Source: Alphaproteobacteria bacterium
GTDB taxonomy: Bacteria; Pseudomonadota; Alphaproteobacteria; MPNO01; UBA830
Direction of reading: 5' to 3'
Length of the DNA stretch: 64,000 nt
Assembly (NCBI GenBank): GCA_964291215.2
Contig: OZ219791.1
Coordinates: forward strand, 1,632,001-1,696,000
A program made the translations under genes and the position numbers. Below the pieces are notes generated by a model. The model searched no databases, had not been told where the DNA came from, and saw only the letters and a program-made list of their open reading frames with translations. Positions 22,704 to 34,309 of this stretch are shown piece after piece. Each line of letters begins with the position of its first letter. Position 1 is the first letter of the stretch.

Positions 22704-24284
22704 GTATCTACTCACCCCTAATTGGGTTCTGATTGGTCGTAGTGTTCGTTGATGATGTCTGCGGCTTTTCCGTCGAGGGCGATCTGGGTGGCGACGAGTG
22801 GGTTGTAGCCGAGTGCCGCCATGGAGGTGAGGTAGCTCGAGCCCTAGCACCATGCTTTTGCGTGGAGCATGGTGCGGAAGCACCCGGACACCTTGACCTT
22901 TGCCATCCTGATCTTCTGTTCTCCGGCATTGTTGGTGAAGCTGACGTTGGGGTCGTCTGTAAAGCGCAGGTTTTCGTGTTTCACGAGACGTTCGTGCAGG
23001 TTGTGCGCGTTTGCGTCCACGTTTTCCTTTCGGCGGCGGCGGCGGGATGTCGGGCAGTTCCCTGGCGCCCTGAGTGAGGATGGTGCGGTAGCGCTTGCGC
23101 ACGGCCCGGAGGTCGGCCTCGTTCAGGGTTTTGGATGCGCTCTTGTTGACCTTGTGGCAGACCTCGCGGAGCAGGCTCTTCATCAGTCGCGCGGTAGCCT
23201 CGACGACAAAGGTCAGTTCGCGCAGCAGGTGGCTGCCGCACAGCTGGTGGCTACACTGGCCCATGTACGAGGCCCAGGACGCCCTTGTAGCACGGGATGA
23301 TGCCGATCTCTTGCCCGCGCTTGCGGTGCGGGAACTTGCACGTCAGGGTCCCACGACATGGAGCCACTTGCTGTTGATCCGAAAGCCGGTCTCATCGACA
23401 TTGGGCGTTGCAGGAGGTGCGCCACGGCGGCCTCCTCCCATGACGCATCGTGAAAGCATAGCCGAGGCAGGTTGCCTCGGAGAGCTTGATGCCGGAGATC
23501 GCCTGCACGAACGCGACGGCACGGCGCAGGGACAGCATTTGGGCGACCAGCAGGTTGATGACGAGGGCTTGGATGCCGATGCCGTACTGCACGGGATGTT
23601 GTCGGGGAACCGGCCCCGGGCCTTGCACTTCGGGCATTCCTCGGCGCGGCGCTCGACGACCTCGAACACGATGTCGTAGAGGACGCGGCGCTCCCGATCG
23701 ACGGGGCCGTCGATGTCAGCGCCGCAGGCGTCGCAGGCCGCGACCGTCTCCTCGACGATAGTCTTGCGCAGGTTGTCGCCCATCTGCCGGTTTGGCTTCG
23801 GGCCCTTGCCGTTGCTCCCGGCACGCTCTCGTCCTTGTCCGTCTGTGACGGCGGCAGACCGGAGTTCCGGCTCGTGTGTGGTCTTCTCCAGAAGGACGAC
23901 GATGAGGATGTCGAGCAGGATGACGAAGACGCGGATGACGGCCTCTTTCGGCACCTTGCCGGCCGCACGCAGCGCCGCGGTCCGGGTCTTGGCCGCTTCG
24001 AACTCCTCGCGCGCCGCGTTGACCGTCGCCATCACCCGGCCTTGCGCTTCATCAGCGCGCCGCTTCCGAGATGCGTTTCCACATACAGATCATGCGGGGG
24101 CTGGAGCTCCGGAAGCAGCTGGCACGGCCCGCTCGTCGCCTTCGATCCAAAGTAGCCCACTGGCGGTCCCCGTCGTTCTCGATTACCACCACTAAACGAA
24201 TCGGCCTGCAGTGTCAAATCTCCACGAAAACCCGTTCGTTGCTCTACCCCGACATCAAGCCGGAACCAGGGGGTGAGCAGTTAC
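22704..24284 (-). mobile_element. IS66-family (single-ORF ISBst12-like) element, decayed, with truncated methyltransferase gene
   Basis: Ends GTAACTGCTCACCCC / GTATCTACTCACCCC; 8-bp TSD ATGGCGGC; VDETGFRIN, QLCGSHLLREL, VSFTNN remnants. Confidence 0.88.
24032..24160 (-). pseudogene. N-terminal fragment of DNA adenine methyltransferase
   Basis: GYFGSKATSG...PPHDLYVETHLGSGALMKRK, clearly homologous to the MTase starting at 30846; the rest is deleted. Confidence 0.85.
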
Positions 24285-25096
24285 ATGGCGGCGATGATTC
24301 CTGGAGCGTGGTCTTGAGGGGCTGCGAATTGCACCCGGGACGACCCCGCACCTATGGTAAGGTCGCGAAGCTGATCAACCGGGCCCTGCAGTAAAAGCCA
24401 TGCGGGTGCCTGGAGTGTGCGACGGATGGCCGAAGCCGTGTCGAAAAGTACCGTGCAGCGCTGGTTTGCCCTGTTCGGGATCAAGCCACACTCGAGCGAC
24501 ACCTTCAAGCTCTCCAGCGATCCGTTTTTCGTCGAGAAGGTTCGGCACGGGCCTGACCCTCCAGATCATGCAGTGGTCTTGTGCGTGGACGAGAAGAGCC
24601 AGGCGCTCCAGCCCACATTGCCCATGGGCTATGTCGAAGACTATACTCATGACTACGGAACCACGACATTGTTTGCTGCTCTGGACGTGGCGACGGGTGA
24701 TGCTCCAAGCGGCATCGACACTAGGAGTTTCTCGCCTTCCTGCGGCTGATTGACCGTGATCCGAGCTCGATATCCATCTTGTCCTGGACAACTACGCCAC
24801 CCACAAGCATCCCAAGGTCCGGTCGCCAAACGACCGCGTTACCATCTCCACTTCCACCTCCTGGCTCAGGAACGCTGGTTCGGTCTCATCAGCCATCAAG
24901 CGCGGGTCGTTCGACAGTGTTCCTCAACTCATCAGAACGATTGAACACTTCATCACACACCACAATAAATCCCCTTTCGTATGGGTCGCAACCGCAGACT
25001 CGATCTTCGACAAGCTTGAACGGTTATCTGCTCGTATTTGCGGGACACAACACTAGGCGGTGCGGCCGGCAACGGTTCAAACCAGGGAGCCCTGAC

Positions 25097-26056
25097 ATGA
25101 CGGCGGCAAATTCGGATCCAATCAACACGGTGGTCGTCGTCGGCGCCGGCATCATGGGCGCCGGAATCGCCCTCAACTTCGCCCAGGCCGGCCTTGCGGT
25201 TCGGATGGTGGATGTCAGCGCCGACGCACTCGAGAACTGCCGCAATCAGATTGCGGTCAATCTCGACGCCTTCTATGAATTCGATCTGCTCGCCGAAGAC
25301 AAAGCGCGAATCGCGGAACGCATTGCGTACATGGACAACGACGCGCTCCCGGCGGCGACCGACAGCTGCGACTATATGGTCGAGGCCATGCCCGAGGTCC
25401 TGGACCTCAAACGGGAGTTTTTCGCCAAGCTGGATGATTTGCCGGGCGGCGTGATCATCGCCAGCAACACCAGCAGCCTGACGGTGACCAATATGGCCGC
25501 CGACATGCGGACGCCGGAGCGGCTCATCGGTCTCCACTATTTCAATCCTGCCCATATCATTCCGGCCGTCGAAGTCCACCGAGGCGACAGGACGGACCAG
25601 GCGGCCGTCGACGTCACCATGGCCCTGATGAATCGGGTCGGCAAAAAGCCCGTACTGGTCAGAAAGGAAGTGCCTGGCTTCATCATCAACCGGCTGACCG
25701 GCGCCATGGAGCGGGAAATCGACTATCTGCTGGATGAAGGAATCGTCACCCCGGAAGATCTGGATACGGCGGTCAAGGCGAGCTACGGATTCCGACTGGC
25801 CTGCCTGGGCCCCATGGAAGCGGAGGACATGATCGGCCTGGACACGTCGGCGCGCGCCTCGGGCAACATCTTCCCGAAGCTCAGCAACGCGACCGACCCC
25901 TCGCCCGGTATTCTGGAGAAGGTGGAGCGGGGCGAATTGGGCATCAAATCGGGGAAGGGTTGGTACGATTACACCGGCCGCACCAGGGAATCGGTGCTCA
26001 ACGCCAACAACCGGCGTTTGTTGCGCCAGCTGAAGCTGTTCACCGAGAACGAATAG
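25097..26056 (+). CDS. 3-hydroxyacyl-CoA dehydrogenase family protein
   Basis: VVGAGIMGAGIA, EAMPE, ASNTSS, HYFNP, PGFIINRL, GELGIKSGKGWY. Confidence 0.93.
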   Translation: MTAANSDPINTVVVVGAGIMGAGIALNFAQAGLAVRMVDVSADALENCRNQIAVNLDAFYEFDLLAEDKARIAERIAYMDNDALPAATDSCDYMVEAMPEVLDLKREFFAKLDDLPGGVIIASNTSSLTVTNMAADMRTPERLIGLHYFNPAHIIPAVEVHRGDRTDQAAVDVTMALMNRVGKKPVLVRKEVPGFIINRLTGAMEREIDYLLDEGIVTPEDLDTAVKASYGFRLACLGPMEAEDMIGLDTSARASGNIFPKLSNATDPSPGILEKVERGELGIKSGKGWYDYTGRTRESVLNANNRRLLRQLKLFTENE

Positions 26057-26068
26057 GAAATATCCGGT

Positions 26069-27034
26069 ATGAAGCTCGTCACCTTTGAGGTCCCCTCGCC
26101 GACCGGCCCGTTGCTGCGGATCGGCGCGCTCTCCGGCGGCCAAATCGTCGATCTCAATTTGGCCTACGCGGCATACCTCGAGGCAGCCGGACGAACCGAA
26201 CGGACGCGGGAGATCGCCGACGCCGTCATTCCCGCGGACATGATCGAGTTCTTCAAGGGCGGAAAAATCAGCCGGGACGCCGCGCATCAGGCACTGGACT
26301 TCTCCGCGGGCAATGCGGGGGCGGACATGCCGCCGGCCCACGAACCGGAAGACATCACACTCCTCGCCCCCGTGCCGCGGCCCCGGTCGATCCGGGACAC
26401 CATCAGCTTCGAGACCCATGCCAAGAATTTCGAGAAGCGCTCGGGCAAGCCGACACCCGACCTCTGGTATGAGCGGCCGATCTACTACAAGGGCAATTGC
26501 GACACGGTCATCGGGCCCGAGGAGGACATCATCTGGCCCGGCTACACGGAGAAACTGGACTACGAACTGGAGTTCGGGATTTACATCGGCAAAACGGGCA
26601 AGAACATTCCGGCCAGCGAAGCCGGGGACTATATCGCCGGCTATACCATTTTCAACGACATCAGCGCCCGGGACGCGCTGCAGCGCGAAATCACCATGAT
26701 GCTGGGGCCGGCCAAGGGCAAGGACATGGACACCGGCAACATCTTCGGGCCCTGCGTGGTCACCCCCGACGAAATCGACGCGGGGAACCTCAAAATGGAG
26801 GCCCGCATCAACAGTGAGGTCTGGTCCGAGGGCAACAGCTCCGACATGTATTGGAGCTTTCACCAGATCATCGAGTTCATCTCGAAAGACGAAACGCTCC
26901 ATCCCGGCGACTTCATCGGATCGGGCACCATCGCCTTCGGCTGCGGCGACGAACTGGACAGGTGGATTCAACGGGGCGATGTCATAGAGCTCGAAGTCGA
27001 GGGCATCGGGGTACTGCGGAACCGGGTCGCCTAG
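26069..27034 (+). CDS. Fumarylacetoacetate hydrolase family protein
   Basis: LDYELE, GYTIFNDISARD, GPAKGKD, PGDFIGSGT, GIGVLRNRV. Confidence 0.93.
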   Translation: MKLVTFEVPSPTGPLLRIGALSGGQIVDLNLAYAAYLEAAGRTERTREIADAVIPADMIEFFKGGKISRDAAHQALDFSAGNAGADMPPAHEPEDITLLAPVPRPRSIRDTISFETHAKNFEKRSGKPTPDLWYERPIYYKGNCDTVIGPEEDIIWPGYTEKLDYELEFGIYIGKTGKNIPASEAGDYIAGYTIFNDISARDALQREITMMLGPAKGKDMDTGNIFGPCVVTPDEIDAGNLKMEARINSEVWSEGNSSDMYWSFHQIIEFISKDETLHPGDFIGSGTIAFGCGDELDRWIQRGDVIELEVEGIGVLRNRVA

Positions 27035-28197
27035 TCATCTGGAACGGGAGTAGGTATCATTGTATTGTATCTGTCCGGGTGTGAGCATGTAGGTCATGGC
27101 GATGCCACACGCCCCTTGGCGGTGCTGGTCTTGAGCGACGAGGAACGGTCGTTTCTGGCGGGTCAGGTTTGGTGACACCGGATTGCGCGCTCGATGGCGG
27201 ATCGGTGCCGCATGATCCTGCGCTGTGCGGACGGTCTGGATAACAAGGCGGTGGCGGTCGAGCTTGGCGTGCACGAGCACACGGTGGGGAAGTGGCGCCG
27301 CCGTTTCGTGAAGGATCGGTTGAAGGGCCTGTCGGACGCTCCCCGGCCAGGACGGTCGCGGACCCTTGCGGACGAGCGGATCGCCGAGGTGATCGAGCGG
27401 ACGTTGACCACCACCCCGGCCGACGCCACCCATTGGTCGCTGCGCACGATGGCGCAGGAGACCGGTCTGTCGCACACGACGATCCGGCGCACGTTCGGCC
27501 TGCAGCCGCACCGGGCCGAGACCTTCAAGCTGTCCTCGGACCCGCTGTTCGTCGACAAGGTCCGCGATATCGTCGGGCTCTATCTCTCGCCGCCGGACCG
27601 CGCGTTGGTGCTGTGCGTCGACGAGAAGAGCCAGATCCAGGCCCTCGACCGCACCCAGCCCGTGCTGCCGATGCTGCCGGGCATGCCTGAACGCCGCCCC
27701 CACGATTACAAGCGCCACGGCACCACCTCGCTGTTCGCGGCGCTGGATGTCGCCACCGGCTCGGTGATCGGCAAGTACTACCGGCGCCACCGTGCCAGGG
27801 AGTTCCTCGACTTCCTCAAGGTGATCGACCGCAATGTCCCGGACGGGCTCGACATCCACATCGTCATGGACAACCACGCCACCCACAAGACGCCAGCGGT
27901 CAAGGCGTGGCTGGCACGGAGGCCGCACTGGCACGTCCACTTCACACCAACGTCCGCCTCCTGGCTCAATCAGGTCGAACGCTGGTTCGCCGAGTTGACC
28001 CGCAAGCAGTTGCAGCGTGGCGTGCACCGCTCGACCCGCCAACTCGAGGCCGACATCCGCGCCTTCATCGAAACCCACAACGAAAACCCCAAGCCCTTCA
28101 AATGGACCAAGTCCGCCGACGATATCCTCGCCGCCGTCAAACGCTTCTGCCTCCGCTTCGAACAAAACTTATGCAACGAACTTTAGATTCAGGTGAC
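27034..28197 (+). mobile_element. IS630-family element (near-complete transposase, damaged 5' end)
   Basis: IRs GTCATCTGGA / GTCACCTGAA with TA duplication in CTAG; ORF 27194..28186 has VDEKS, VMDNHATHK, SWLNQVERWF; stop and frameshift just after the likely ATG at ~27096. Confidence 0.9.
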
Positions 28198-30845
28198 TAG
28201 ACGATCAGCCAGAACGGGAAGGTGTCGGGCAGAATGTTCGGCAGCCAGATCTTCAGATAAGAATGATGGAAGCTCAGGTGCATGATCCGCTCGTAGAATC
28301 CGACCAGGAACAACCAGCCGCCGGCCGCATACAGCAGAGCGACGCGCCGGGAATACCCTCCCCAACGAATGAGGTAGACGGCTATGAATATTGGAATAGC
28401 CAGTTTTTGACCGACCACGAGCATGATCAACAGCATCAGCGTCAAGTAGCCGAAGAACGCCGCCGACTTCGCCAGAACCGCCTGCTCGGAGCCTACGGCC
28501 ATCGCCCCGCCAAGGCCTCCGTTCATCGATGTCGCCGCCCGAAGATCCCGGGTATCGAAATAGAAGGTGAAGGCCGCGAATATCGCCCCCGGTATGGCGA
28601 TGGTAATGGGAAACGCCTGAACCGAATCCGGCCATTGCAGCGAGTGAAAACCCGCGCCCACGAAGATGACCAGCAATATCAGCGAAAAGGGCCAGGAAAT
28701 GATCGGGTTCCCTGCGCGGCCTTCGCCGGCATTGGGCTCGCTTCCCTCATCGTCGGAACGTTTTGCCTTGATGACGCCCCGCGCGGCAAAAATGATGGTG
28801 AGGACGATCAGCGCAAAAATGATGAGAACGATCGGCCGCTCAAGCCAACTAATGCCGTCGTAGGCGCGCATGCTGATCTGGAAGGAATTTTCCATTATGG
28901 AGCCGAGGATGAGGGCGAGGATGAGCGGGGGCCGCGGCCACCCGCCCTTCTTCATGGAGTAGCCCACGATCCCCATGATGATGCAGGTCACCCAGTCGCC
29001 GAGCGAGGAGCCCCCAAGCCACGCGCCCATGAAGACGAACAAGATCACGCCCGGGACGATCAGATAACTCGGGAGGAATGCGACCCGGGCGATCTGACGG
29101 CTCCAGACCATCAAGAGCGCGGTGGCCATGATATTGGCCACGACGATCATCCACACCATTCCAAAGGTCAGGTGCAGTTCGGAGGTCAGCATGTCCGGAC
29201 CGGGCTTCAGGCCCTGGATAAGTAGCGCCCCCAACAGGATGGCCGCACCCAGGCTCCCGGGGATTCCGAACGCCACGGTCGGAACCAATGAGCCCCCTTT
29301 GGTCGCGTTGTTGGCTGCTTCCGGCGCGATAACGCCGCGAATGTCGCCCTGGCCGAACTGCGATTTGTCTTTTGCGCTCTGAACCGCGTGACCGTACGCG
29401 ACCCAGTCGACAATCGCCGCGCCCAGGCCCGGCAACATGCCCACATAGGTCCCGATCGCCGCGCACCGCGTCGCAAGCCACCAATGACGAAAAGCGTCCT
29501 TGATGCCCTCGATCATGCCGCCGCCGGCGGTCTGTTCCTTGGGAACGCGGGAGATGGAGATATTGCGGGTCGCCAGCTCCATGAGTTCGGGAATCGCGAA
29601 GAGCCCCAGAACCACGGGAATGAGAGGCAAATTGTCGATGAGGTAGTCGGTGCCGAAATAGAAACGCGGAATGGCTACCGTCTCGGCATACCCGATTGTC
29701 GACATCAACAACTCGAGCGCCGCGACCGCAAGGCCCTTCATGATCGATCCGCCGCTAAGGGAACCGACCATCGCGAGGCCGAGAACGTCCAGCATGAAGA
29801 GCTCCGGAGACCCGAACGCGAGGATGATGGGCAGGATGAGCGGCAGCGATGCCGCGAGGATCAAGGCGCTGAATACCCCGCCGAACGCGGAAACGGTAAA
29901 GGCGGTGCCGAATGTCCGCGAGGCATGCCCTTTCTGGGCCAGTGGGTAACCATCCAATATCGTCGCCTGGGAGGCGACGGTGCCGGGAATTCCCAGCATC
30001 ACCGATGCGATGGTGTCACTGGTTGTGGTGACGGCGAACATCCCCAACAAAAGAGCGAAAGCCGGCACCGGATCCATGCCGAAGGTGAACGGCAACAGGA
30101 GAACCAGCCCGATGATGCCGTCGAGACCCGGAATGGCGCCAAGCCCAATCCCGATGAAAACGCCGAGAAACAGGAAGCCAATGGACGGCCACTCGAATAC
30201 CTAGTGTTATGTCAGCAATGATATGTCGTACATTTGGTGCTAGACTGTCCGTCCATTCGGGATGGAGGTCGGAGTATGAAACGCTACGTGGTGACCCTGG
30301 ACGAGGCGGAACGGGCAGAACTTTCGGAGATCACGACCAAGGGCTCGCACCTGTCGCAAAAGGTAATCAACGCCCTGATCCTGCTTAACTGCGACGAGGG
30401 CGCGTTCAATGAATGCCAGATGACCGGGAAGGTCATTGCTGAGATTCTGCGCATCAGCATGCGCAAAGTAGACCGAGTGAAGAAGCGTTTCGTTGAAGAG
30501 GGGCTGGAGGCGGCATTGGGTGGCCGGCAAGGACGCCGTCCTACCTATATGCGAAAAGCCGACGGCGTCTTCGAGGCGCGCTTGGTGGCCCTGAGTTGTG
30601 GTGAACCGCCTGAGGGTTACGCGCAATGGTCGTTGCGGCTGCTGGCCGACCGCGTTGTCGAGCTTGGTTACATTGATACCGTGTCACACGAGACGGTGCG
30701 GCGTGTTCTAAAAAAAACGTAACTACCCAGGTACCCTGCCAAGTGTGAGAGCTTGCTGATTTTGTTCGCCGTGTCGCTGCTCTCGGCCTTGACTGCATAG
30801 GCGCGCGCGCCTATGGGTTGCCCTCTCGCATGGGAGGAGCGGCTG

Positions 30846-32835
30846 GTGGGGTATTTCGGATCGAAGGCGACGACGGGTCTGAGCCAGGCGCTGATTGCGC
30901 TGATGCCGCCGCACTCTGTCTATATCGAGAGTCACCTGGGGGGCGGTGCGCTGATGAAGCGCAAGCCTGCTGCCGTGCGCTCGATCGGGATCGACCTCGA
31001 TGAGCGGGCGCTTGAGGCCTTTGGCTGCGACTACCCGGTGGAGTTGGTGCATGGCTGCGCCCACTCCTTTCTGGCGTCGTTTGCGTTTCTGGGCCCGGAG
31101 CTGGTCTACAGCGATCCGCCCTATCTGCAGATTACGCAACCTGATGTCTGGAAATTGTCGTGAAGCTCTCAGTCATCGAGCTGTTCCCATTTGATGTATG
31201 CCTTGGTTTCGGTTTCCCATTTTTCGTCGATGAGGATCGCGGTTGAGAGGCGCTCCAACGAGGCGAGGTTCGGAAAGACCCTGACTTTGGAGGTGCGCCG
31301 CTTGAGCTCTTGCTGGATCGGTCGCTCGATGCCGTTCGAGGTTCGCATACGCTTGTGGTGAGAATCGGGCAAGGTGAAGACAGCGAGCCCCTCGGGCGCA
31401 TTCTTTTCCAGCCAGTCTGCGAAGCCTGGATGCTTGTCGCGATAGCTGGCCACGAGGGCGCCCAGTTCAGCCTCGGCGGTTTGGAGTGAGGAGGCGTGGC
31501 TCCGAGCTGTTTTCCAATACGTTTCCTGATGTCGTTGTTCGGTGCGTGCTGCACGGCGTTTTGCGCCAGGTGGAACTGGCAGCGCTGCCACGTCGCCGCG
31601 CCCAGCACCGCGCGTCGTGCCGCTTTCAACCCGGCATGGTCATCCGAGACGATGAAGATCGTACCATGCAGGCCACGGGCTAACAAGCTTTCCAGGAAGG
31701 CTCTCCAATGGACCTCGGCCTCGGAGAGCGCCACAGAGAGCCCCAGAACGTGCCTGCAGCCCCTATTCCGATGGCCGAGAGCACTGCAACATCGCGCACA
31801 ACGCCGTCATGGCGGGCTTTTTCATAGCGCGCATCCAGGATCAGGTATTTCATCAGCCCAAGGGGCCGGTTGCGCCAGGCGGTGAGTTCTTCGTCGAGCA
31901 ACCTGGTGGCCCGGCTGACCTGAGAAGAGGACAGGCTTTCGATCCCGAACTCGCGCATTACATCTTCGGCCTGCCGGGTGGAAACACCCTTGATGTACAT
32001 CTCGGCTACGGCCACGGCGCGAGAAGATCGCTGGCCGCGTTCAAGCGACTGGGGATAGAACGGATCGTCCCCGTGACCGGCCGTCTTTGGCACCTGAACG
32101 GCAACAGGGGGGTGTCGATCCGTTTGGGCTTGTAGCCGTTGGCATAGCCCTGTCGCTCCGGCGTCCGTTCGTAGTGGCCCGCTTTCAAGTACTGCTCGCG
32201 CTCGATTTGCATCGCAAGCTCGAAGAGCTGGCCAAAGACCCGCCCCAGATCCGTTGCTCCGTTTGCGATCAGATGTTCCAAAACAGTCCCGATCGTCGTA
32301 GTGTGTCGCAGGTCCATTCGCTTCCTCCATGAAGGTTTACAGCTCCATGGGATAGCACGATGGCGCCGCGTTTCACTGGGGGTCTAGCCCCCCAGTGAAA
32401 CGCCTCAAAGCGCAAACCTCGGACAAATTTCCAGACATCAAGTTACAGTACCATCTGCACGCGACCCGGCGTTCGTCGCAGCGCTACCGCTTCGAGTATG
32501 CGGAGGCCGACCACGTCGCGCTGCTTGAGCTGCTCAAGGGTCTGCCCTGCCAGGTGATGGTCTCGGGCCACCCGTCTGCGCTCTATGACGACCTGCTGTC
32601 GGGCTGGCGCCGGCTGGCGCTGCAGGTGACGACCCAGGCCCGGGTGCGGACCGAGGTGGTGTGGTTCAACTTCGCGCCCGACCGGGTGCACTGGGCGCGC
32701 TTCGCCGGCCGGAACTTCACCGACCGCCAGCGCATCAAGCGCAAGGCGGCCAACTGGGGCCGGCTCTACGAGGCCATGCCGGCGGGCGAACGCCTGGCGG
32801 TGCTGGCCGCGATCATGGCCGGCGAGGTCCCGTGA
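30846..32835 (+). pseudogene. Dam/D12-class N6-adenine DNA methyltransferase (219 aa when rejoined), interrupted by IS256
   Basis: GGAGGAG RBS, GTG start, GYFGSK, ESHLGGGA (motif I), YSDPPY (motif IV); removing 31130-32459 restores the frame DPPYL-HATRRS...MVSGHPSALY...TEVVWFNF. Confidence 0.9.
31130..32452 (-). mobile_element. IS256-family element, transposase pseudogene
   Basis: ~30-bp imperfect IRs (AACYTGATGTCTGGAAATT core), 7-bp TSD ATCTGCA; EMYIKGVSTR, YLILDARYEK, VSDDHAGL, WQRCQFH, RTSNGIER, VFPN over at least four frame segments. Confidence 0.92.
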
Positions 32836-32902
32836 CGGTGGCGCGAGGACCTCGCCGGCCACGACGAGGCTTTTGCGTGCCTGCAGGACCTTTTCACCCC
32901 AC

Positions 32903-34309
32903 AATGCCTGGCGATGACGGTCATCAAAGCCATCCGGGCCAGGGGCTGCTGCGCCTGAGCGCGGCGCTGGTCAGGGAGAACGACGCGCTGGAGCGGGAGA
33001 ACGCCCACTTGCGCGAGCGGATTGCCGAACTCGAGCGCAGTGCCGCGCTCGACAGCACCACCAGCTCCCGGTCGCCGGCCAGCGACGGTCTGAAGAAGAA
33101 GAGCGGACCCCAGCGCACCCGGAGCGGCACGTCCGACAGGCGGCGGCCAGCCACAAGGGAACCACTCTGGAGCGGACCGCGACGCCCGACCACGTCGTCG
33201 ATCATGATCCCTGCGCCTGTGCGGGCTGCGGCGCGCCGCTGTCGGCCGCTGAGCGTCACCGAGCCCCCGTCTGCCGGCAGGTCTTCGATGTGCCGCAGCC
33301 CCTTGAGGTCACCGAGCACCGCTGCCTCTGTGCCGCCTGCGGCACCGTGACGACAGCCGTCTTCCCGAACGGCGCCCCGGTCCAGTACGGGCCGCGTATC
33401 ACCGCGTGGGGGACCTACCTGCTGCACGCGCAGTTCATTCCGGAGAAGCGCGTCGCCGAAGTCATGAGCGACCTCTTCGCGGTCAGGCTCTCAACCGCCA
33501 CCATCGCCGCCATGGGCAGACGCACCGCCCGGCGCTTCGAGGGCTTCCTCGACCGTGTCGGCGAGATCATCCGCACCGCGGCCCCGGTCAAACACCTCGA
33601 CGAGACCGGCATCCGCATCGCCGCCCGGACCCAATGGCTCCACGTACTGTGCACCCCGTTGCTGACCATCCTGCGCATCGCCGCCGGGCGCAGCCACATC
33701 GACGAGAAGCTCAACGGCATCGTCATCCATGACGACTACGCCACCTACTTCGCTCTCCAAGGCGTGCGCCACGGGGCCTGCAATGCCCATCACCTGCGCG
33801 AACTCCAAGCCCTGATCGAGATCGAGAACTGGGCAGCCACCACGCACCGGCTCCTCAGCCGTGCCAACAGAGCCGCCCGCTTCGCCCGCAAGAATGACCG
33901 CGACCTGCCCGCTTCACTGGTGGCCCGCATCTCCCGAGCCTGGGACCGCATCCTTGAGCAGGCCATCGCCTCTCACGAAGAGATGGCGCCCCTCCAGAGC
34001 GGAAAGCACGGACGACAAAAGCGCCGCATCGGTCACAACCTCGCCCTCCGGCTCCAGAAATACAAGGAGGGCTGCCTGCGCTTCCTCACCGACCCGAGAA
34101 CCCCCTTCTCGAACAACCAGGCCGAGCGCGACCTCCGCATGGGCAAGCTGCGCCAGAAAATCTCGGGCGGCTTCCGATCAATGCAAGGCGCCCGCGACTT
34201 CGCCAGCCTGCGTTCCGTCATCGCAACAGCCCGAAAGCAACGCTGGAATGTCCTCGAAACCCTGGCGCATCCCGATCCCATGCAGCTGATCCCGAGACTG
34301 CGCCTCTGA
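32903..34309 (+). pseudogene. IS66 transposase, frameshifted 5' part and in-frame deletions
   Basis: LDSTTSSRSPASD, VQYGPRI, HLDETG, ACNAHHLREL, PFSNNQAERDLR, KISGGFRS. Confidence 0.9.

Larger units (their letters stand above)
20649..25053 (+). mobile_element. IS630-family element (decayed) holding two nested ISs
   Basis: IRs GTTTAGTGTCCCGTAAATA / GTGTTGTGTCCCGCAAATA with TA on each side; transposase pieces at 20714-20815, 22624-22703 and 24293-25053 ([26 protein letters not shown]). Confidence 0.85.

Noticed and set aside
30846-32835. Restriction-modification system
   Set aside because: No endonuclease or specificity subunit nearby; the MTase is cargo within IS66 ends.
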